This document shows positions 31,438 through 41,591 of a DNA stretch of 64,000 nt, piece by piece. Every line of letters begins with the position of its first letter. The stretch's first letter is position 1. Both the position numbers and the translations under genes were made by a program. The DNA lies in NCBI GenBank assembly GCA_963702205.1, contig OY969724.1, positions 1,248,001-1,312,000 of the forward strand. Direction: 5' to 3'. The notes beneath the pieces are model-generated. The model was not told the origin of the DNA. It did no database searches and saw nothing but the letters and a program-made list of their open reading frames with translations. The stretch is from an uncultured candidate division Zixibacteria bacterium (GTDB taxonomy: Bacteria > Zixibacteria > MSB-5A5 > GN15 > PGXB01).

Positions 31438-32343
31438 ATGAGCGACCACAACAATCATTCCCGCGCCGCATTGATATGGGCGCTGCGCAAGTACGGACAG
31501 GTCGGGCCGAGGACTTTCCGGGCTTTGATGATTCATTTTCCGACTCTCAGTTCGATCTTCCGGGCCGAAGTCGACGAAATAAAAGAAATCTCCGGCCTCG
31601 GCGAAAAACGATCCCGCAAAATATATGAGTGCGATAAATATATCCCGGAAGCCGAGAAATTCGTGCGCGAACTTAAAGAACAGGGCGTCGGGACGTCGAC
31701 CGCTCTCGACGATGACTATCCCGCCGGATTCAATGAATTGAACGACCCGCCGCCGATATTTTTCTATCGCGGTCGTCTGCCCCGCAAAGATGAAAAACTG
31801 GTTTCTTTGATCGGCTCGCGCGACGCCACCACCGGGGGGATCGCACGGACGGTCGAGCTGGCCGGAAAACTGGCCGAGCATTCGGTTTCGATCGTCTCCG
31901 GTCTAGCCCGGGGTATCGATAGCGCCGCACACGTCGGAGTTCTGCAGGCGGGCGGCACCGGTTATGCCGTCCTCGGTTCCGGGTTCGATCATATCAGCCC
32001 CGAGGAAAACCGCACCCTCGCCGAGGAATTGACCAAAAACGGCGGGCTGATTTCCGAATATCCGCCCCACGAAAAGCAATCACCGGGGAGTCTGATAGAG
32101 CGCAACCGCCTGACTGTCGGTCTGTCGCACGTCGTTGTTATCGGCGAAATCAGCGCCCAATCCGCCGGGACTGCCGACTGCGCCACGTTTTGTCATCAGA
32201 CCGGCAAGCTCGCCTTTATTCTGGTCGATCCGGCCGATATCAGCGATGAATCGCGGAAGAAAATCGAGAAAGTCGTCTCGCTGGGAGTCATTCCCATCAC
32301 ACCCGATGAAGCGGTCGAAAAGATCACCCGTTCCCTGGTATAA
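31438..32343 (+). CDS. dprA: DNA-processing protein DprA
   Basis: DPPPIFFYRG, IGSR, IVSGLARGIDSAAH, ISEYPP, RNRL. Confidence 0.92.
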   Translation: MSDHNNHSRAALIWALRKYGQVGPRTFRALMIHFPTLSSIFRAEVDEIKEISGLGEKRSRKIYECDKYIPEAEKFVRELKEQGVGTSTALDDDYPAGFNELNDPPPIFFYRGRLPRKDEKLVSLIGSRDATTGGIARTVELAGKLAEHSVSIVSGLARGIDSAAHVGVLQAGGTGYAVLGSGFDHISPEENRTLAEELTKNGGLISEYPPHEKQSPGSLIERNRLTVGLSHVVVIGEISAQSAGTADCATFCHQTGKLAFILVDPADISDESRKKIEKVVSLGVIPITPDEAVEKITRSLV

Positions 32344-32348
32344 TAGAA

Positions 32349-32957
32349 ATGGACTTTCCCGACAGCTATTTGACCGCCGCCGCTGAGACGTCGGTCGAGA
32401 TTAAAATCAAGGGATCTCGGTTTATCGGGCAGGTGTACATTTGCGATGATGACAACAATGCAAGAGAAATTCTGGATGCCGTCCGTAAAAAATATTACGA
32501 TGCCACCCACAACTGTTATGCCTGGAAAGTCGGGATCGGACAGGATATGCATTTCAAGTATTCCGACGACGGTGAGCCGAGCGGGACGGCGGGCAAGCCG
32601 ATTTATGATCAACTCGATGGGGCCGGGCTGACCAATGTCATAATAATAGTGACGCGATATTTTGGCGGGACCAAGCTCGGCACCGGCGGACTTACTCATG
32701 CCTATTCTGACTGCGCCGCCGAAGTCATCAAAAATGCGGGGACGGTCAGGAAATTCATTACCGGACGTTTCGATATCAACCTCGATTTTGCAGATTATGG
32801 TGCAGTAGAAAGGGCGATTTTGTCATCCGGGGCTGTTATAGTGCAATCTGAATTCTCTGATAAGGTTGACCTGAAACTGGAAATTCGCAAATCTCAACTG
32901 GAATCTTTAAAAGCCAAACTGGTCGATATCACGTCGGGGAGAATTAAAATTGACTAA
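32349..32957 (+). CDS. YigZ/IMPACT family protein
   Basis: IKGSRFIG, ATHNCYAW, SDDGEPSGTAGKP, VTRYFGGTKLGTGGL. Confidence 0.93.
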   Translation: MDFPDSYLTAAAETSVEIKIKGSRFIGQVYICDDDNNAREILDAVRKKYYDATHNCYAWKVGIGQDMHFKYSDDGEPSGTAGKPIYDQLDGAGLTNVIIIVTRYFGGTKLGTGGLTHAYSDCAAEVIKNAGTVRKFITGRFDINLDFADYGAVERAILSSGAVIVQSEFSDKVDLKLEIRKSQLESLKAKLVDITSGRIKID

Positions 32958-33864
32958 ACGCTGCGATTGTCTCGGGTTCGGGATCGCACCGGCGGATCTG
33001 ATCATGCAGATAAAATCGTTCCCCGAGCCGGGCGCGAAAATCGACTGCACCGATCTGGTTGTGCAGGGCGGCGGACCGATCCCGACCGCGATGGTTACAT
33101 TGTCCCGTCTCGGATTCCGCGCGAGCCTCATAACTGCCGTTGGTACAGACCCTTACGGTAGCAGCGTTCTCGATGAACTAAAACGCGAAAATGTCGATAT
33201 ATCGCTGGTGAGAATCAAGAAGCGACATACGGCTATCGCGGTCGGGTGGGCCGAGCAAAAAACCGGTCGGAGGACAATCGCACTTGATTTGAATATAACC
33301 GTCACCCCGCGCGATATAAAACTCGACCATCTGCCGCTGGCGAAAGTGGTTCATCTCGACGGGCGTTATCCGGCCGCTTGTATGAAACTTGCCCGGTGGG
33401 CCAGAAAGAACAATATCCCGGTCGTTTTCGATATCGGTTCGATACGCAACGATATATCTCCGTTGCTGCCTCTGACATATCACCTTGTCTGCGCGGAGGA
33501 CTTCGCACTGCCGTTCACCGAATCGCGCAATGCGGAAGAATCGCTGCATAAACTGCTGAAGCGCGGTCCGGGCACGGTCGTAATTACTTCGGGGATAAAA
33601 GGCGCCGTTGGGTATGAAGAAAACGAAGGTTTGGTACACCAGAGGGCTTTCCGCGTCAAAGCGGTCGATACGACCGGGGCCGGAGATGCCTATCACGGTG
33701 CGTACATAGCGGGCATGTTGAAGGGATGGAGCCTCAGTCGCCGCATGCAGTTTGCTTCGGCCGTGGCGGCCATCAACTGTACCCGTCTGGGAGGACGAGC
33801 AGGGCTGCCAACATATTTTCAGGCAAGAAACTTTCTGGAGAAAAAAGGAGTGAAATATGCCTGA
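32950..33864 (+). CDS. PfkB-family carbohydrate kinase
   Basis: GGGP.., VDTTGAGDAYHG. Confidence 0.88.
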   Translation: MTKRCDCLGFGIAPADLIMQIKSFPEPGAKIDCTDLVVQGGGPIPTAMVTLSRLGFRASLITAVGTDPYGSSVLDELKRENVDISLVRIKKRHTAIAVGWAEQKTGRRTIALDLNITVTPRDIKLDHLPLAKVVHLDGRYPAACMKLARWARKNNIPVVFDIGSIRNDISPLLPLTYHLVCAEDFALPFTESRNAEESLHKLLKRGPGTVVITSGIKGAVGYEENEGLVHQRAFRVKAVDTTGAGDAYHGAYIAGMLKGWSLSRRMQFASAVAAINCTRLGGRAGLPTYFQARNFLEKKGVKYA

Positions 33865-34456
33865 TATCATCACCTGGCTGCAGGCGGCTGACAAGTCGAT
33901 TTTTATTTTTATCAACCAGTCGCTGGCCAATCCGGTCACGGACTTCTTGATGCCGTTTATCACGCTCGATCTGCACCTTAAAATTCTATTTGGGTTTCTT
34001 ATCGTGATGCTGCTCTGGCGGGGCGACAATCGTCTGCGCATTTCCGTGATATTTTCGCTTATCACGATCCTTCTCACCGACCAGATAAGCGCCGCCTGGC
34101 TCAAGCACGTGTTCGAGCGACCACGACCCTGCCTGGCCATGGAAGTGCATCTTCTCGTCAACTGCGGATCCGGCTTTTCCCTGCCGTCGTCGCACGCCGC
34201 CAACCTGTTCGGTCAGGCTTTCTTGTACCGCGCAGTCAATCCCAAGTCACAAAAATATTTAATGCCGCTGGCTATAGTCGTTGCGTTGTCGAGAGTGTTT
34301 GTCGGGGTGCACTATCCGTTCGATATCGTCGCGGGAGCGGCCATAGGTATCGTTATCGGGTACCTCGTTGGAGTCGCCTTCAATAAATTTCTTCCGCCCG
34401 ACCGCAGGGGCAAAGAAGAAAAATACGTGAGGCTTTCGGATTATAAAAAGAAATGA
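33857..34456 (+). CDS. PAP2-family phosphatase
   Basis: KHVFERPRP, PSSHAAN, SRVFVGVHYPFD. Confidence 0.92.
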   Translation: MPDIITWLQAADKSIFIFINQSLANPVTDFLMPFITLDLHLKILFGFLIVMLLWRGDNRLRISVIFSLITILLTDQISAAWLKHVFERPRPCLAMEVHLLVNCGSGFSLPSSHAANLFGQAFLYRAVNPKSQKYLMPLAIVVALSRVFVGVHYPFDIVAGAAIGIVIGYLVGVAFNKFLPPDRRGKEEKYVRLSDYKKK

Positions 34457-34953
34457 AAATCAAAATAGAAATATTGCAGGGCGATATTACTGAATCAGGC
34501 ACAGAGGCGATTGTCAACGCCGCCAACAACCACCTCTGGATGGGCTCCGGTGTGGCCGGTGCAATCAAGCGTGAAGGCGGTCAGGTAATCGAAGACGAAG
34601 CAGTCAAAAAAGGCCCCGTCCCGGTCGGGCAGGCGGTGGAGACAACCGCCGGAGGCTTGCCCTTCAAGTACATCCTCCATGCCGCCGGTATGGGCCAGGA
34701 CCTGCGCACCAGTGCGGAAATAGTCTTTGAAACGACTGTCAATACACTATTGCTGGCCGACCGGCTGAAATTGAAATCGGTGGCCTTCCCGGCTATTGGC
34801 ACCGGGGTCGGTGGATTGTCTTTGGAATTGTGTGCTCGTAATATGAAAAAGGCTATCGAAGAGACATCGGTCGGGTTTCAACATCTGGAGAAAGTGCAAT
34901 TCGTATTGTTCGATAAGTCCACTTTTGATACTTTCCGCAAAGAATTGGGATGA
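34453..34953 (+). CDS. Macro domain (ADP-ribose binding) protein
   Basis: GDIT, AIVNAANNHLWMGSGVAGAI, FPAIGTGVGG. Confidence 0.92.
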   Translation: MKIKIEILQGDITESGTEAIVNAANNHLWMGSGVAGAIKREGGQVIEDEAVKKGPVPVGQAVETTAGGLPFKYILHAAGMGQDLRTSAEIVFETTVNTLLLADRLKLKSVAFPAIGTGVGGLSLELCARNMKKAIEETSVGFQHLEKVQFVLFDKSTFDTFRKELG

Positions 34954-34959
34954 ATCAGA

Positions 34960-35496
34960 TCAGTCGCGGCGACCGGCTTTAAGGTCTCCGTCGAATACCA
35001 GCGTGTCGTTTTCGCTGTTGACATAAATTCCTGACAAACGCGCCCTGAACGACGACGCCCACAGGCTGTCGATGGCTATGAAGCCCTCGGTACAACGGTA
35101 CAAACGCAGGCCCTCCTCGAGGTTGAACTGTCCCTCCAGACGGCAAAGTGAACGTCCTTTCAAATCGAGTGAATCTCTATCAAGCCTAAAGGGGAGGCCG
35201 ACTAAAATCTGGTATGCTGTCTTTGATTCGACCGAGAAAACGTTGCCCAGCGTTTTAATCTCGTCCCCCGTCGGGCCGACACGCCGGGTAAAGAGAACCG
35301 TCCCGTCGCCCGGCGCAATATAAGACAACTCCGCGTTGTCGCTCAGGATAAATCCGTGGCGGTAATAACTGTCCGTTTCTTTGAGAGGGAATTGTTTCGA
35401 TTCGTCGATCTGGTACAGGCGCGGCTTCAGTCGATTTTTGCAGGAAAACATCAGGAGAAAAACAAGCACGATCAAAAGAACGGCTTTAATCCTCAT
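34960..35496 (-). CDS. Hypothetical lipoprotein
   Basis: Lipobox-like LMFSC; overlaps the GNAT stop (ATGA). Confidence 0.65.
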   Translation of the reverse strand: MRIKAVLLIVLVFLLMFSCKNRLKPRLYQIDESKQFPLKETDSYYRHGFILSDNAELSYIAPGDGTVLFTRRVGPTGDEIKTLGNVFSVESKTAYQILVGLPFRLDRDSLDLKGRSLCRLEGQFNLEEGLRLYRCTEGFIAIDSLWASSFRARLSGIYVNSENDTLVFDGDLKAGRRD

Positions 35497-36623
35497 ATCG
35501 GCATTTCCACCATACGATATTTTTTATAAACGTGGGCACCCATGGCTTCGGCCGCCCGGTTCATAAGGTCATTGGTCTCCAGTATCCACGAAAGCTCGGC
35601 CCACTTGTACCCCTTTTCGACGCCTTTGCGGTACGTTTCAACGTACATGATACTGTCGATCCCGCGCTTTTGGAATTTCGGGACGACACCCATCGTGATC
35701 ATCCGGAGGCCATCGATTTTCTTTTTCACTTTGGCGTTCCAGAGGAGTTTTATGAGGCCGGTCGGGAAGAGCCGTCCGTTGATATCGATCAGGACTTTGT
35801 TCATATCGGGCAGGGCCAGGATGAACGCGGCCGGTTCACCGTTGACCGAGGCAATCAGGACCAGGTCGGGATCGACAATATCCTTGAGACTTTTGGCCAT
35901 GTGATTGAACTCGTCGTCCTTCATCGGCACGAAACCCCAGTTGTACTGCCAGGCGTCGTTGTAAATCTTGTTGATCAGGCTGACTTCATCCTTGAAATGC
36001 GACATGTCCAGCGGACGGATCGTGATTTTAAATTTGTTTTTGAGCTTATCGACCAGGTTTACATGGCGTTCGCTTAACGGTTGCTGGTCGGTAATCAGGT
36101 AGGCGTAAAAATCCATGACTTTCTTGAGGCCGAATTTTTCGGCGAACTTGGGAAGGTACGTCGGGTTATAGGTCATCATGATCACCGGCGGGCTGTCGAA
36201 ACCCTCGATTAAAAAGCCGATCTCGTGGTTGGTCGAAAAACTGGCCGGGCCGCGCATGGCCGTCACACCTTCGGATTTAAGCGTAATCATGGCCACTTTT
36301 AAAAGAGCCCGGGCAACTTCGAAGTCGTCAATCGTATCAAAAAAGCCGAAGAAACCGATGTTCTCGGCGTGGTATTCGTTATGATTGAAATTGATGCAGG
36401 TCGCGACACGCCCGACAAACTCTCCATCCTGTCGCGCCAGGAAAAGTTTGGTTTTGGCCGTACGATAAAACGGGTTTTTCTCTTTGTCGAAAAATTCCTT
36501 GCGTTCGGACAGAAGCGGCGCCACCCAGTTGGGATCGCCCCGGTACAACTTCCAGGGCAATTTTATAAATCGCTCCAAAAGTTTAGGAGATTCGACTTCG
36601 ATTACTTCTACGGAACCGGCCAT
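35493..36623 (-). CDS. YghO-like GNAT protein, candidate bacterial ceramide synthase
   Basis: FIKLPWKLY..DPNWVAPL, GFFGFFD, YNPTY, YNDAW..NWGFVPM, ELSWILETN; 7 bp downstream of the Spt-like gene. Confidence 0.78.
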   Translation of the reverse strand: MAGSVEVIEVESPKLLERFIKLPWKLYRGDPNWVAPLLSERKEFFDKEKNPFYRTAKTKLFLARQDGEFVGRVATCINFNHNEYHAENIGFFGFFDTIDDFEVARALLKVAMITLKSEGVTAMRGPASFSTNHEIGFLIEGFDSPPVIMMTYNPTYLPKFAEKFGLKKVMDFYAYLITDQQPLSERHVNLVDKLKNKFKITIRPLDMSHFKDEVSLINKIYNDAWQYNWGFVPMKDDEFNHMAKSLKDIVDPDLVLIASVNGEPAAFILALPDMNKVLIDINGRLFPTGLIKLLWNAKVKKKIDGLRMITMGVVPKFQKRGIDSIMYVETYRKGVEKGYKWAELSWILETNDLMNRAAEAMGAHVYKKYRMVEMPI

Positions 36624-36630
36624 AATGAGA

Positions 36631-37857
36631 TTATATAACGCCCAGTTGCTTGCCGACTTTCTCGAAAACTTCCAAAACCCGGTCGAGCTGCTTGTCGGTG
36701 TGGGTTGCGGTGTACGACGTTCTCATCAGGGCCTGCCCCGGTGAAACCGCCGGAGAAATAACCGGGTTGGCGAAAACGCCGTTGTCGTACAGCTCCTTCC
36801 AGAACCGGAAACAATCGAGATCATCGCCGATCACGATGGGAACGATGGGTGTCTCCGATGTGCCGGTGTTGAACCCGAGGGCTTTAAATTCCCGGAGCAT
36901 CCGGCGGGCGTTCTTCCAAAGGTTTTCCCGACGCTCCGGTTCGGTGCGGATTATTTCCAGCGCTTTGAGGACGGCCGCCGTGGCCGAGGGAGGAATCGAC
37001 GCCGAAAAGATCAATTCGCGTGATATATGCTTGATATAATTTATTACCCGTTCTTCGGCGACAATGAAGCCGCCCAGCGATGCGAACGATTTGGAAAACG
37101 TCCCCATCGTAATGTCGACCTGATCGTCCAGCCCGAAATGAGAGGCGGTCCCGCAGCCGTTTTCTCCCAAAACCCCGACCGAATGAGCATCGTCGATCAT
37201 CACCCGGCAGCCGTACTTCTTCGCCACTTTCACCATGTCGGGGAGATTTATGATGTCGCCTTCCATCGAGAAAACACCGTCGGCGACGATTAAGATTCCG
37301 CCTTTGCCATTGGTTTCGCGGACGTTCTTAACCACGCGCCCGAGGTCTTCCATGTCGTTGTGCGCGAATTTGACCAGCTTGCCGAATGATAACCGGCAGC
37401 CGTCGACGATTGAGGCGTGATTGGAGCGGTCGGCGACGATGGTATCACCCTTTCCGACCAGGCAGGAAATGGTTCCGAGGTTGGTCTGGAAACCAGTCGA
37501 ATAAATCAGCGCCGCTCGGCGACCCCCATAAAAGTCCGCCAGTTCGGCTTCCAGTCGTGTGTGAAGCTCCAAAGTTCCGTTAAGAAAGCGTGACCCGGTG
37601 CATCCCGATCCGTACTTAAGAGCCGCTTCGGCGGCGGCTTCCTTGACGCGCTTGTCATTGGTCAGGCCCATGTAATTATTGGACCCGATCATGATCAACT
37701 TCTTGCCACCGATGACAACCTCATCACCGGGAGGCGATGAAATCGGATTGAAGTACGGATAAATTCCCAGAGCCTTGACTTCGTCGGCGCGAGTAAAATT
37801 GTAACATTTTTCAAACAGGTCCGACATCTCTACCAGGGTGTTCTCCCGTGTTTCCAA
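36631..37857 (-). CDS. Serine palmitoyltransferase-like alpha-oxoamine synthase
   Basis: YPYF, GSNNYMGL, GCTGSRFLNGT, NHASI, DGVFSMEGD, DDAHS, GTFSKS (PLP Lys). N-terminal pattern resembles Bacteroidetes Spt more than BioF. Confidence 0.8.
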   Translation of the reverse strand: METRENTLVEMSDLFEKCYNFTRADEVKALGIYPYFNPISSPPGDEVVIGGKKLIMIGSNNYMGLTNDKRVKEAAAEAALKYGSGCTGSRFLNGTLELHTRLEAELADFYGGRRAALIYSTGFQTNLGTISCLVGKGDTIVADRSNHASIVDGCRLSFGKLVKFAHNDMEDLGRVVKNVRETNGKGGILIVADGVFSMEGDIINLPDMVKVAKKYGCRVMIDDAHSVGVLGENGCGTASHFGLDDQVDITMGTFSKSFASLGGFIVAEERVINYIKHISRELIFSASIPPSATAAVLKALEIIRTEPERRENLWKNARRMLREFKALGFNTGTSETPIVPIVIGDDLDCFRFWKELYDNGVFANPVISPAVSPGQALMRTSYTATHTDKQLDRVLEVFEKVGKQLGVI

Positions 37858-37968
37858 GCTGGAAATCCTCTCTGTTTCGATTGCAAAAGCAAAACGTACT
37901 TTAATCCAAGAGCGATGTCAAGCAAAATGATTTGTCGAAAAAGCCTTTATAAAGCGGCCTTACACAGC

Positions 37969-38724
37969 CTATGCCGGTTCTTTTTCGATGATCATCATAT
38001 ACGCTGGACCGGGACTTTTGGGCGATCCCGATTGGATCGTTTTCGACAAGACCCATCCGGTGCCGGACAGAATTTCCTGCGCTTCTTCTTTTGATACCAG
38101 AAGATAATCGAACCACGGCGTCGCACATTGTTTGTACCTGATTCTAAGTTTCAACTGCCCGCCCATGCGACCTTTGTTGCGGTTACGGCGATGATATTCC
38201 TTGTGCATCTTTTCTTTGGTATCGTACGGGTCGAGACTTTCGGCAATGATACGCGCGTTGTCAGAGGTCATTACATAAAGCCTTTTTAGAAATCGCTGAC
38301 CCGCCTTGAAACTGCCAAAGAGACCGAAATTGTTTCCGAACATGACAACGGTATCGAACCGGCCGAGGGATTTCGAAATTCGCGTTACCGGCAAGACGCG
38401 CGCATCCTTAAGGCCGCGCCTGCGGCATACCTTTATTGCCAAGGGCGACAAATCTATCCCGGTGACCCGGTGGCCATTGTTTTGAAAATAAAGCGAGACT
38501 CTCCCGGCCCCGCAGCCGATATCGAGAATCCGCCCCCGTGCGAATTTGGCCGCCTGTTTTTCGTGCGGCCGCCAGTTTTCAAACTCTTCAAAATATATCC
38601 CCGGCCCCAGTCCGACCGTGATTAACCCGTCATCTCGCTCGACGATTTCATTCTGGTCGGCGCAACCGGAGTAATATTCCAGCATGCCGCGTCCGAAGGC
38701 GTCCTGTTTTTCGGCCAGCATCAC
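37969..38724 (-). CDS. Class I SAM-dependent methyltransferase
   Basis: ILDIGCGAG, GIDLS, FDTVVMFGNNFG. Confidence 0.87.
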   Translation of the reverse strand: MMLAEKQDAFGRGMLEYYSGCADQNEIVERDDGLITVGLGPGIYFEEFENWRPHEKQAAKFARGRILDIGCGAGRVSLYFQNNGHRVTGIDLSPLAIKVCRRRGLKDARVLPVTRISKSLGRFDTVVMFGNNFGLFGSFKAGQRFLKRLYVMTSDNARIIAESLDPYDTKEKMHKEYHRRNRNKGRMGGQLKLRIRYKQCATPWFDYLLVSKEEAQEILSGTGWVLSKTIQSGSPKSPGPAYMMIIEKEPA

Positions 38725-38807
38725 TTGCCTCCACTTGAATATTCAAGATTCATAGCTCGTTAAACGCCGCAATACGGCTATTTTAAGCATCCAAAGTATC
38801 ATAATGC

Positions 38808-40175
38808 TCATTTTTTTATAAATTTTCGAAATGGTTTTGGTAACGGGACCCAGGGTATTGAAACCAGCCTTTCGCCGGATTTCTTGTCGTTAATGATTAA
38901 AAAATCGGTCGCATTACCATTAATTTCCATACTTACGGGATCCGACGATTCGATTTTGAAAGTGATGCCGGACAGGTCGTTCTTATCCGGAATATAACTT
39001 CCTTCCACCTTATTGGCGATGCTGTCAACAGAAATGATCAAAGAATCATGCCTTGAAAAGCTGTGCCAGCAAAGGTACTTTTGGTGAATATAATAATTCA
39101 ACAGCTTCGATGTAGTTGTAACCAGAAGCTGCTTCGATTCATTCTTTTTCTTTATATGTTTCAACGCCCGACAGGTCTCACTGCTTAGGTATGGTGGCCC
39201 ATCATTTTTCCCAAGATGGGTATAAAAAATCAAATAACCCTCATTTTCAATCAAGTCATCTATTTGACCGGGGCCAAGTTGATTAATAAAATGCTGTTCA
39301 GTTGTCTCAGAGTATTTTCCCCACTCGTTGATATATCTTACAAAGTCAAAAATGATAGTGGAGTCATCGAGCATAAGTTCATGAACCAGCTCATTATCGT
39401 TGACATAATTCTGGTCCGAATAACGCCAGTCCTGAATCGATTCATAAATGTTCTTTAGCCAATTTATGAAAGAAGAATCGCCGCTTTGACCAATGCAATG
39501 AGTCACCTGCCCCCGCCATAAGAATTTTATGCCCAAAGAACGGGTAATATCCATATTATAACACGGCGATTCACGATTGTCTCCCAGTTGATTTGGGGCC
39601 GGCCCGATATTCTGAAGATTACTCGTAGCCCCATGATCTATATAAACATCAACCGACAACGATTCATGTTTGAAAAGTCCCTCAGCCCTGACCGCCAGTT
39701 GGCGATTAAATGACCCATCGCCAAAATGACCATATGAATGAAGGCAGTCAAGATATCCGTAGCGGACCATGTTCAATTGGATGTCAGCATGATCATCAAG
39801 CGTGTCCGATACTCCCTTGTAAATTGATAAGCCGCTGTCGATAGACCCGGCATATTCACCGGGCGTTTTTCCATTATTACAAAAGCCCAAATAACTATTG
39901 AAAAACCAGAATGAATTGCCGACCTCTAAATTCAACTCGCGGCCCAAAGCCGATGAATCATTGCCATTTAAATACGACTGGAGTGCAAGCAATTCCTCGA
40001 TACTTGTTGTTTCATCAATGTCAGAACAAATCGCCAATGCGGCACGGTAGCGGTATGGAAATCGCCGCAGAGTAACCTTGTCCGAATTCGTGCAGGATAA
40101 AAATAGCCCTGTCAAGGCAGTGGTCCAGAAAATGAAAAGAACATTGGCGAATTTAAAAAAAGACCGAATCTTCAT
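38808..40175 (-). CDS. Hypothetical exported protein (possible NodB/deacetylase-like fold)
   Basis: 455-aa AT-rich ORF with signal/lipobox; AICSDIDET, LHSYG, IDHG, YTHLG. Fold assignment is tentative. Confidence 0.55.
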   Translation of the reverse strand: MKIRSFFKFANVLFIFWTTALTGLFLSCTNSDKVTLRRFPYRYRAALAICSDIDETTSIEELLALQSYLNGNDSSALGRELNLEVGNSFWFFNSYLGFCNNGKTPGEYAGSIDSGLSIYKGVSDTLDDHADIQLNMVRYGYLDCLHSYGHFGDGSFNRQLAVRAEGLFKHESLSVDVYIDHGATSNLQNIGPAPNQLGDNRESPCYNMDITRSLGIKFLWRGQVTHCIGQSGDSSFINWLKNIYESIQDWRYSDQNYVNDNELVHELMLDDSTIIFDFVRYINEWGKYSETTEQHFINQLGPGQIDDLIENEGYLIFYTHLGKNDGPPYLSSETCRALKHIKKKNESKQLLVTTTSKLLNYYIHQKYLCWHSFSRHDSLIISVDSIANKVEGSYIPDKNDLSGITFKIESSDPVSMEINGNATDFLIINDKKSGERLVSIPWVPLPKPFRKFIKK

Positions 40176-40297
40176 ATGCCCTATTGTTTCAAAGAGTTAT
40201 GCTATTTAAAATAGCCAATGTCAGAGAAAAATCAAATTGTAATATATAAAAATCTAAAAAAAATTGAAACAATTATTAAATAAATCAATATTATATA

Positions 40298-40326
40298 TTG
40301 ACAAAGTTAATTATATGACATATTAT
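40298..40326 (+). promoter_or_regulatory. Sigma70 promoter
   Basis: TTGACA-17 nt-TATTAT upstream of the 40357 operon. Confidence 0.7.
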
Positions 40327-40356
40327 TTATTAATAATATTAATATTGGAGGCACAA

Positions 40357-40569
40357 ATGGTCAACGAAATTAATATTAACCTTCAAAACCCGGTCATGGA
40401 GATTTTGAACTATCTCGATCAGGGCAAAGTCTCTTTTGAGCAGGCAGTGGGAGCAATCAGGCGCGGCGGCGCTCATGTATCCAGTGATATCCGTGAAATG
40501 GCGATGGTTGGAAAAGGGTGGCCGGAGGCGCTACATATGGACCTCGGAAACCTGACCCCGTACCTATAG
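40357..40569 (+). CDS. Small SHOCT-like motif protein (70 aa)
   Basis: GGAGG RBS; EILNYLDQGKVSFEQAVGAI. Confidence 0.6.
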   Translation: MVNEININLQNPVMEILNYLDQGKVSFEQAVGAIRRGGAHVSSDIREMAMVGKGWPEALHMDLGNLTPYL

Positions 40570-40584
40570 AACCGGAGGGAATGT

Positions 40585-40956
40585 ATGTCTAAACCGTGGC
40601 AGGAACTTTTGACATTAACGAGGGGTCGCGAGATTGTGGTCGAACGGGTCCGGCTGAAAGATTCAGATATAGCCATTGAAGGTTCTTTTAGGCTTCCCGA
40701 ACTGGCCCGTCTCGACCACGACGACCAGACTTTTATCGCGGCCTTCGTGAAATGTCATGGATCGATCAAACAGATGGAAAAATATTTCGGCATCAGCTAT
40801 CCGACCGTAAAGGGCCGGTTGAATCGAATCGGCGAAAAACTCGATTTTGTCGAAATCGAGGTTGAGAAAAATATCAGCGGCGACGTGCTCGACCGCCTCG
40901 AACGCGGTGAGATAACTTTTGATGACGCCATGAAGCAGTTGGAAGAAGGAGAATAG
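40585..40956 (+). CDS. DUF2089 family protein (HTH plus SHOCT-like tail)
   Basis: FVKCHGSIKQMEKYFGISYPTVKGRL; VLDRLERGEITFDDA. Confidence 0.88.
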   Translation: MSKPWQELLTLTRGREIVVERVRLKDSDIAIEGSFRLPELARLDHDDQTFIAAFVKCHGSIKQMEKYFGISYPTVKGRLNRIGEKLDFVEIEVEKNISGDVLDRLERGEITFDDAMKQLEEGE

Positions 40957-40958
40957 CA

Positions 40959-41444
40959 ATGAGTGAAGAAAGACGCAAAATTCTGGATATGCTCTCATCG
41001 GGCAAGATAAACGTTGAGCAAGCCGAGAAATTGTTGAACGCGATCGGCGAGGCTGAAGGCGACAGCCGCCGGGCCAAACAGGCGAATTCCGCAAAATCCA
41101 AAGGTGGCGATGACGATGATGATTCGAGCGAAGATGAAAATAGCGGAAGTGAACCAAAATTTCTGCGAATTCTGGTCAATTCCGCCGGAAAGGACGGTCG
41201 CCCGCCGGATCAGGTTAATATCCGCATCCCGCTGGGGATTATCAAAGCCGGGATGAAAATCGGTTCGGTTATGCCTGACAGCGCCAAGGAGAAGATAACC
41301 CGCAAGCTCGGCGAAAAGGGCATTGATCTCGACATGAACAATCTCGACAGCAATTCGCTCGGTAAACTTCTGATGGCGCTGAAAGAGATGAAAATCGAAG
41401 TCAACGATGCCGACGGCGAACAGGTGCGGATTTTTACGGAATAA
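40959..41444 (+). CDS. SHOCT-like (YvlB/LiaX N-terminal-like) protein
   Basis: MSEERRKILDMLSSGKINVEQAEKLL; VNIRIPL. Confidence 0.8.
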   Translation: MSEERRKILDMLSSGKINVEQAEKLLNAIGEAEGDSRRAKQANSAKSKGGDDDDDSSEDENSGSEPKFLRILVNSAGKDGRPPDQVNIRIPLGIIKAGMKIGSVMPDSAKEKITRKLGEKGIDLDMNNLDSNSLGKLLMALKEMKIEVNDADGEQVRIFTE

Positions 41445-41591
41445 CAACTATATGAGAAGTCGGGTCGCCCACAGCTTGCTGTGGGTAATCCCGTTATAGC
41501 ATTGTAGGTTACGCCGACTTGCCTAAGGCCCTGCCTGCGCTGAGCCAGCGAAGTGAGCCTTGCGAAGGGCGGCATGACTTCTTTGTTTGCT

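Noticed and set aside
41456..41582. Hairpin-rich intergenic segment as an ncRNA
   Set aside because: It lies between convergent genes and looks like terminator/REP-type sequence; no second copy or known motif supports more.
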